From the NCBI RefSeq assembly GCF_009914755.1, contig NC_060926.1: a stretch of DNA of 64,000 bases, one strand, 5' to 3'. The notes beneath the pieces were generated by a model, which was not told where the DNA came from, made no database searches, and saw only the letters and a list, made by a program, of their open reading frames with translations. A program made the translations under genes and the position numbers. This stretch comes from the human T2T-CHM13v2.0 reference genome, Homo sapiens. Below, piece after piece: positions 58,961 through 64,000 of this stretch (position 1 is the first letter of the stretch; each line of letters starts with the position of its first letter).

Positions 58961-59757
58961 TTCATCCTTGAACCGTAGCTTAAACAATGAATGGCATTGA
59001 GCCACAGAGAAAGGCAGCTGAAAGGCTCCTGTAGGCAGGGGGAGCTTGAGGAGCCAGGGCCTGGAGATACAGTCTTCTTCAATACTTCAAGATGGGACAG
59101 TGTTGCACAAGCCTGCCTAAATTAAAGGATGCCACTAGAGAAGCACTGCTGAGCCCAGACCTGCCATGGACAGTTTTGAGAGACTTCAATATGCAGCAAT
59201 GCTTTTTACATAAACTTTTAAGACACACAGTCACGATGTAAATGAAACACACTAAAGTTGGTTAATAATTGTGTACACGTTCCCTCTTCAATTTTGTTTG
59301 CATTACACATATATTCACACCTTTAAAATGATTACAAAGATCATATCCCCAGTTCTATCTGTATTCGCCCACAATCAGACACTCTGCAGGCTTCCAGGGC
59401 CAGGCTCACATCAGTGTTGCCCACTGTTATGTTCCTAGAGCCCACCCAGACATAGTGTTTTAGAGCCTTTGTACAATGAATGAAGAGATGAATGAATGCC
59501 TTCTGAGCATCTCCTGCTAGGACAAGTTCCATGATCAAAGAATATATTTTGAGAAACAGCATTCCACTAGGCTTCACCTATGGGCAGAAAATGCATTAAC
59601 CATCATTAGCCCCAGTGCCAAGCACAGTGCCTGCAGACATTCCGTAAGTATCTGATGACTGAAGATCAAGCTCATCTACCTGCAGGCCTCGGCATAATAA
59701 AGGCCACTCCTCAACTCTCTGTGCCAACATCTCAGGGCTCTCTACCCTGCTGCCAAG

Positions 59758-61223
59758 CCAGAGGTTCAGCTTCAACTCAGTCTGGAACTAGGTACCTCCC
59801 CTCTTTGAGCATCGGTTTCCTTATATAATAAAACGAAGCTGATATGCACCTTATATAGCTGCTGTGGAGTTTAAACGAGCTCCTGCAATGACACAGCTAG
59901 TGCAGTATTGGATATGTAACAGACATTTTAAAATGCAAAGTTAGAATTGAATGCCTGGTTTGACCCCAGGTAGAGAGCCGATGTGAGTGAATCACACATC
60001 CCAATTAGTTGCTGTGTCTGTCCCACCACACAGGGAGGTTAAGACTGAAACTCTTAAGATCAGTCCCTTTGGTGGATGGGCTGAGTCATGAAAACTTCAG
60101 TGCCTAGTCATACTGGAAGACTGCCCTTGTTGTGTTCCAGCCTCAGGTGACCATTTCTCCTCTGGACAGTCCTTGCCATGTCCACCCATGAGCAGGAGCC
60201 TATCACACTGTCCAGCTGGCATCTGTCACACTGTTGCTGGGGCTTAACTACTGTTGTCTGTCAAAGCTTCCTCTAAGCTTGTTTTCTTCCTAGATGTTTG
60301 CAAAGACACTTGTCATTACCAAATTCAGAAGCATGATTGGGGCTTCCGGGCTCTGATTAAGTCAGAAATTAACTGGGCTCTAGAAGTAACTTCCTTGGAG
60401 GCCACACTTAGATAACCACATGGAAGATGATTCCAGCATCACTGCGCATGCCTTCCTTCTTCTACCTTTGCGGGAGTCTTTAACATGCAAGGGGGTCAAT
60501 TATTGCTAAGGGAAATAAGAAGAAAATAGAGCAGAAAAATAAAGACAGCCCTGCCCCACCAACCCCCCACACACGGAGCCACAACCACTCAGTCTCATAG
60601 CAGACGGCAGCTGATTGAATTTACCTCTTAAAGACAAGACTTATTAAGGAAACCGATTACCATTAAAATGAAAAAGTATAAACTTCTACTTTGATGTTGG
60701 TACAAATCAGGAAAGAAAGCCTTGGGACAGTGATAGCATTCTTTCATCTGAAAGTCATATTTCAATTGAACTTGCAGATGTTTCAGGGACAATCCATAGG
60801 CGAGCAGAAGTGATCCATGAGAATCAACGTTCTTTTCATTTTTTACAGTATAAAGGTATTTTCACAACAATTTCCAAAAGCCACAAATGACTTATGTTCA
60901 GCATTTGCTAGCCTTCAAATGAATTAACTCACCTATTCTTGGCTTGCATATTTATTCCACAAACATTTGCTAAGATAAGCAGGCAACGATCCTGGGCTAA
61001 AACAAAGGTATGGCATTTGGAACCAGAAGTTTGGCTTCAACTCAGTCTGGAACTAGGTACCTCCCCTCTTTGAGCATCAGCTTCCTTATATAATAAAAAC
61101 GAAGCGGATATGCACCTTATATAGCCGCTGTGGAGTTTAAATGAGCTCCTGCAATGACACGGCTAGTGCAGTATCTGATATGTAATAGACATTTTAAAAT
61201 GCGGAGTTAGAATTGAATGCCTG
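59758..61223. repeat. ~200-bp direct duplication (59758-59957 and 61023-61223)
   Basis: Manual alignment gives about 14 substitutions and 1 indel in 200 bp. Confidence 0.95.
61000..61223 (+). mobile_element. MIR-like element, probable donor of the duplicated segment at 59758-59957
   Basis: gtatggcatttggaaccaga..ggcttcaa start and ctctttgagcatcag.ttcctta core. Confidence 0.55.
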
Positions 61224-62314
61224 TGAAGTAAACACCACTGTATTACACGAGCCACATGTATTCTACCTTCAAGGTGATCACGTCATTGGAAAAGGAGATG
61301 GGATATTTCTACCTATGACTCTAATATAAGGTGGAAAGCAGTAAAAGCTCTACGATGTCACAAAGAAAATGCTTTGGAAGGTGAGACAAACCAGAGATCA
61401 TTGACAGCTAGGTATCAGCAAATACTTTCTGGAAGAAAAGACATTTGAAGTAGGAGGATGCTACAGTTTATTTTAAAGGCTAATGATGGATGATTATTCA
61501 TTTATACTTTAATACATAGAAAAGTATGACCTGATATGCCTGGTAATTTGGAGGGTATAAGAAAAGAAAGAGAACACGAAAAAGACCCTGTCCCCAGATG
61601 ATTTATTATCTAATTGGGAAAAGATCATATGTGCTTATACACGCACACACCCACACAAGTCAGCTGTCCCTGACAGTTTGTGACAAATGCCCAATGAATA
61701 ATTCAGAAATGAGGAGGCAGAAAAGGATCAGACAGGCAATGCAGTATGACCAGAACTGCACAGGCAGGTCCCAGGAGAAAAGGAGGTGGCTCTAGCTCTA
61801 GTCTTTCCCTCTCTGGGCCTCAGTATTCCCACCTATAAGATGGATGGCTTGATTTCAATCAGATTTTTCCAACCATGTAGCAAAGGTACACTTGTGGTCT
61901 AAGGAGACAGTTGGTAGAATCAAGATGTCTAGAGTTCATCCTCCCCCACCAGGCCACTACCCTGTGGCTACAAGCAGCTTCATCCATTTCTTCTGTGTGC
62001 TGTACAAATATGACCATTTTCCATGCAGCCATGACATAGCACATTTTGAAAATCCCTTATCAAGATTATCTTAAAGAATGCTGCCTGTTTAGTTGTCCTA
62101 TGAGGCAGAGCTTTTGAAAATGGAGAGAACTTGTATAGGCAAAAGAAGTCTCAGGAATCTAGAGAAGCTGATCAGTGCAAGGAAAAATGGGGCTCTGGGG
62201 CAGGCAAGCTCAGGCCTCCCTGCAAGACCAGAGAAGCCACGTGCAGTGTGGGAGCCTCCTTGTTGCGACTTGACATTTTCTTTAATTGTACTTACATTCA
62301 TAAAAAATGGTATT

Positions 62315-62834
62315 TGTGATGGTTAATTTTATGTATCAACTTGACTGGAGCATGGGGTACCCAGATATTTGGTTAAACATTATTCTGTTTGTTGCTGTGA
62401 CGGTATCTGTGGAAGAAATTAACATTTAAATCAGTAGAAAGAGTAAAGTGGGTGGCACTCTTTAATATGGATGGGCCTCAACAGATCCCTTGAAGGCCTG
62501 AATAGAACAAAAGGTGAATTAAAGGGGGGGGATTTTCTCTCTTTGCTTCTGTGTCTTTAAGCTAGAAGATGAGTCCTCTCCTGCATTTGGATTCAGACTT
62601 GAACCAGACTTATACCATCAGCTCTCCTGGTTCTCAGCCCTTCTGACTTAGGCTGGAACTATATGATCAGCTCTCCTGGGTCTCCAGCTTGCCAGATGCA
62701 GATCTTGGGACATCTGAGCCCCTATAACCATGTTGGTTAATTACTTAAATAAATCTCTTTCTATCTGTAGCCATATCCGTATCCGTATCTATCTCCTATT
62801 GGTTCTATTTATCTGAAGAACCCAGATTAATGCA
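62315..62834 (+). mobile_element. MLT2-family ERVL solo LTR
   Basis: Starts TGTGATGGTTAATTTTATGT.TCAACTTGACTGG and ends cctattggttct..gaaccc..taatgca; TSD not clear. Confidence 0.85.
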
Positions 62835-63689
62835 TACCAGGTAACAGGGGATGTGTTAATTTGCTCAAGCAATGAAACCATATCTGGTACAATCTTCCTT
62901 CCAAAAAGATTTTTTACAGTCATTAATTGTGTTCATGCAAATTAGCGAGTTGAAATTTAGCTTTCCTGTATCATCTCAGTTGACTTGAAGCAAAGAAATA
63001 AACAAGTATATTCAAATACTAGATAATTAACAAATGTCTAAATTTGAAGCAGGTCTGGAGTATGCTCTGAAATCCAAAAGACCTTGTCTAAATTCTGGTT
63101 TTGCCATGTGTGAGCCACCTGATTGATTATACGCAAGAATGTAAGCTCCTCTTTCTCATCTGTACCAGCTGCTCTTGCAGAATTATTAAAAAGATTAGAC
63201 CCAGCCCAGAGCTTAGCACACGATGTGTCCTCAGCAAGTGCCAGTTTCCTTTCTCCTTGATCAAAACCCATACTACAAGGCCCTGCAGGTCCAGTCTCCC
63301 TCTGAACCATATCACTGCTGTCTTCATTTACTCCTAGCCATACATACTGACCTCTTGCTTTTCTTTGAATTAGCAAAGCACACTCTCATCTTGGGCTCTC
63401 CCCACTTTCTTTCTCCTCTGCCTTGTACAGTCCACATTTTTCCTTCAGATTCTGGCATGGCTCACACAGCCCCCACAACCCCGCAGTTCAAACACTTCTT
63501 CCAGGTGTCTGCTAATCAGACTGCCTTCCCTGACCCACTCATATCAAGGTGAATGACAGTGTCCCTGTGAATGGCCTTTGTGCTTCCAATGAGCAATACT
63601 CTGAGAGGCTCCTGTTGGAGCCACCACTACAGTAGTTTGAGGCCCACGGCCCTGTCCAACCAGGATGCTCATCTCATCCCCCTGACCTC

Positions 63690-63850
63690 CCGGGCTGTAA
63701 ACACTTTACATGTATCACCTCATTAAATCCTCACAGCACCCCTAAGAGAAAATGCTACTATTACTATCTTCATTCCATTAATCTGACTAATGAGACACAG
63801 AAAGGTTAAGTAATTTGCCTAAAGTCACACAGCTAGTGAGTGGAGAAGTG
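63690..63850 (-). mobile_element. MIR (approximate)
   Basis: ctcattaaatcctcacag..aggttaagtaatttgcctaaagtcacacagctagtgagtgg. Confidence 0.7.
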
Positions 63851-64000
63851 TCCCAGGTGGTTTTATCTATCTCAGAGAAACTCAGCCAGGGGGGTGGAGT
63901 CTCTGCCACACCCACTGCATAGCCTGGCCCTGCCCTCACATCTTGTTGCCTTGGTTCGGTTGTTTGTAAATTTAAGAGGCTACCATTGCTCCCAGGAAGA

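Overview
Human genomic DNA from the 5' part of CYRIA (FAM49A), which is transcribed on the minus strand. The window holds the first coding exon (3751-3830; ATG at 3820; [23 protein letters not shown]) and a probable upstream non-coding exon (39561-39716); everything else is intronic, and the main promoter appears to lie beyond the right edge. The dominant feature is a full-length L1HS of the Ta-0 subfamily (about 9389-15458) with intact ORF1, ORF2 and ORF0. It lies in the same orientation as CYRIA about 5.5 kb upstream of the start-codon exon, is inserted into the tail of an older AluS, and carries a patterned A18(AC)6A8(AC)6 tail. The rest is ordinary intronic repeat content: five Alus, four solo LTRs, DNA-transposon fossils and many MIR/L2 fragments. 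Smaller points of interest are a ~200-bp local duplication, a 31-bp perfect direct repeat and five ARE/AP-1 cores. I found no new gene or enzymatic system. The most interesting hypotheses concern how this L1 could interact with CYRIA transcription. Repeat-family calls and consensus comparisons are from memory, not from a database search.
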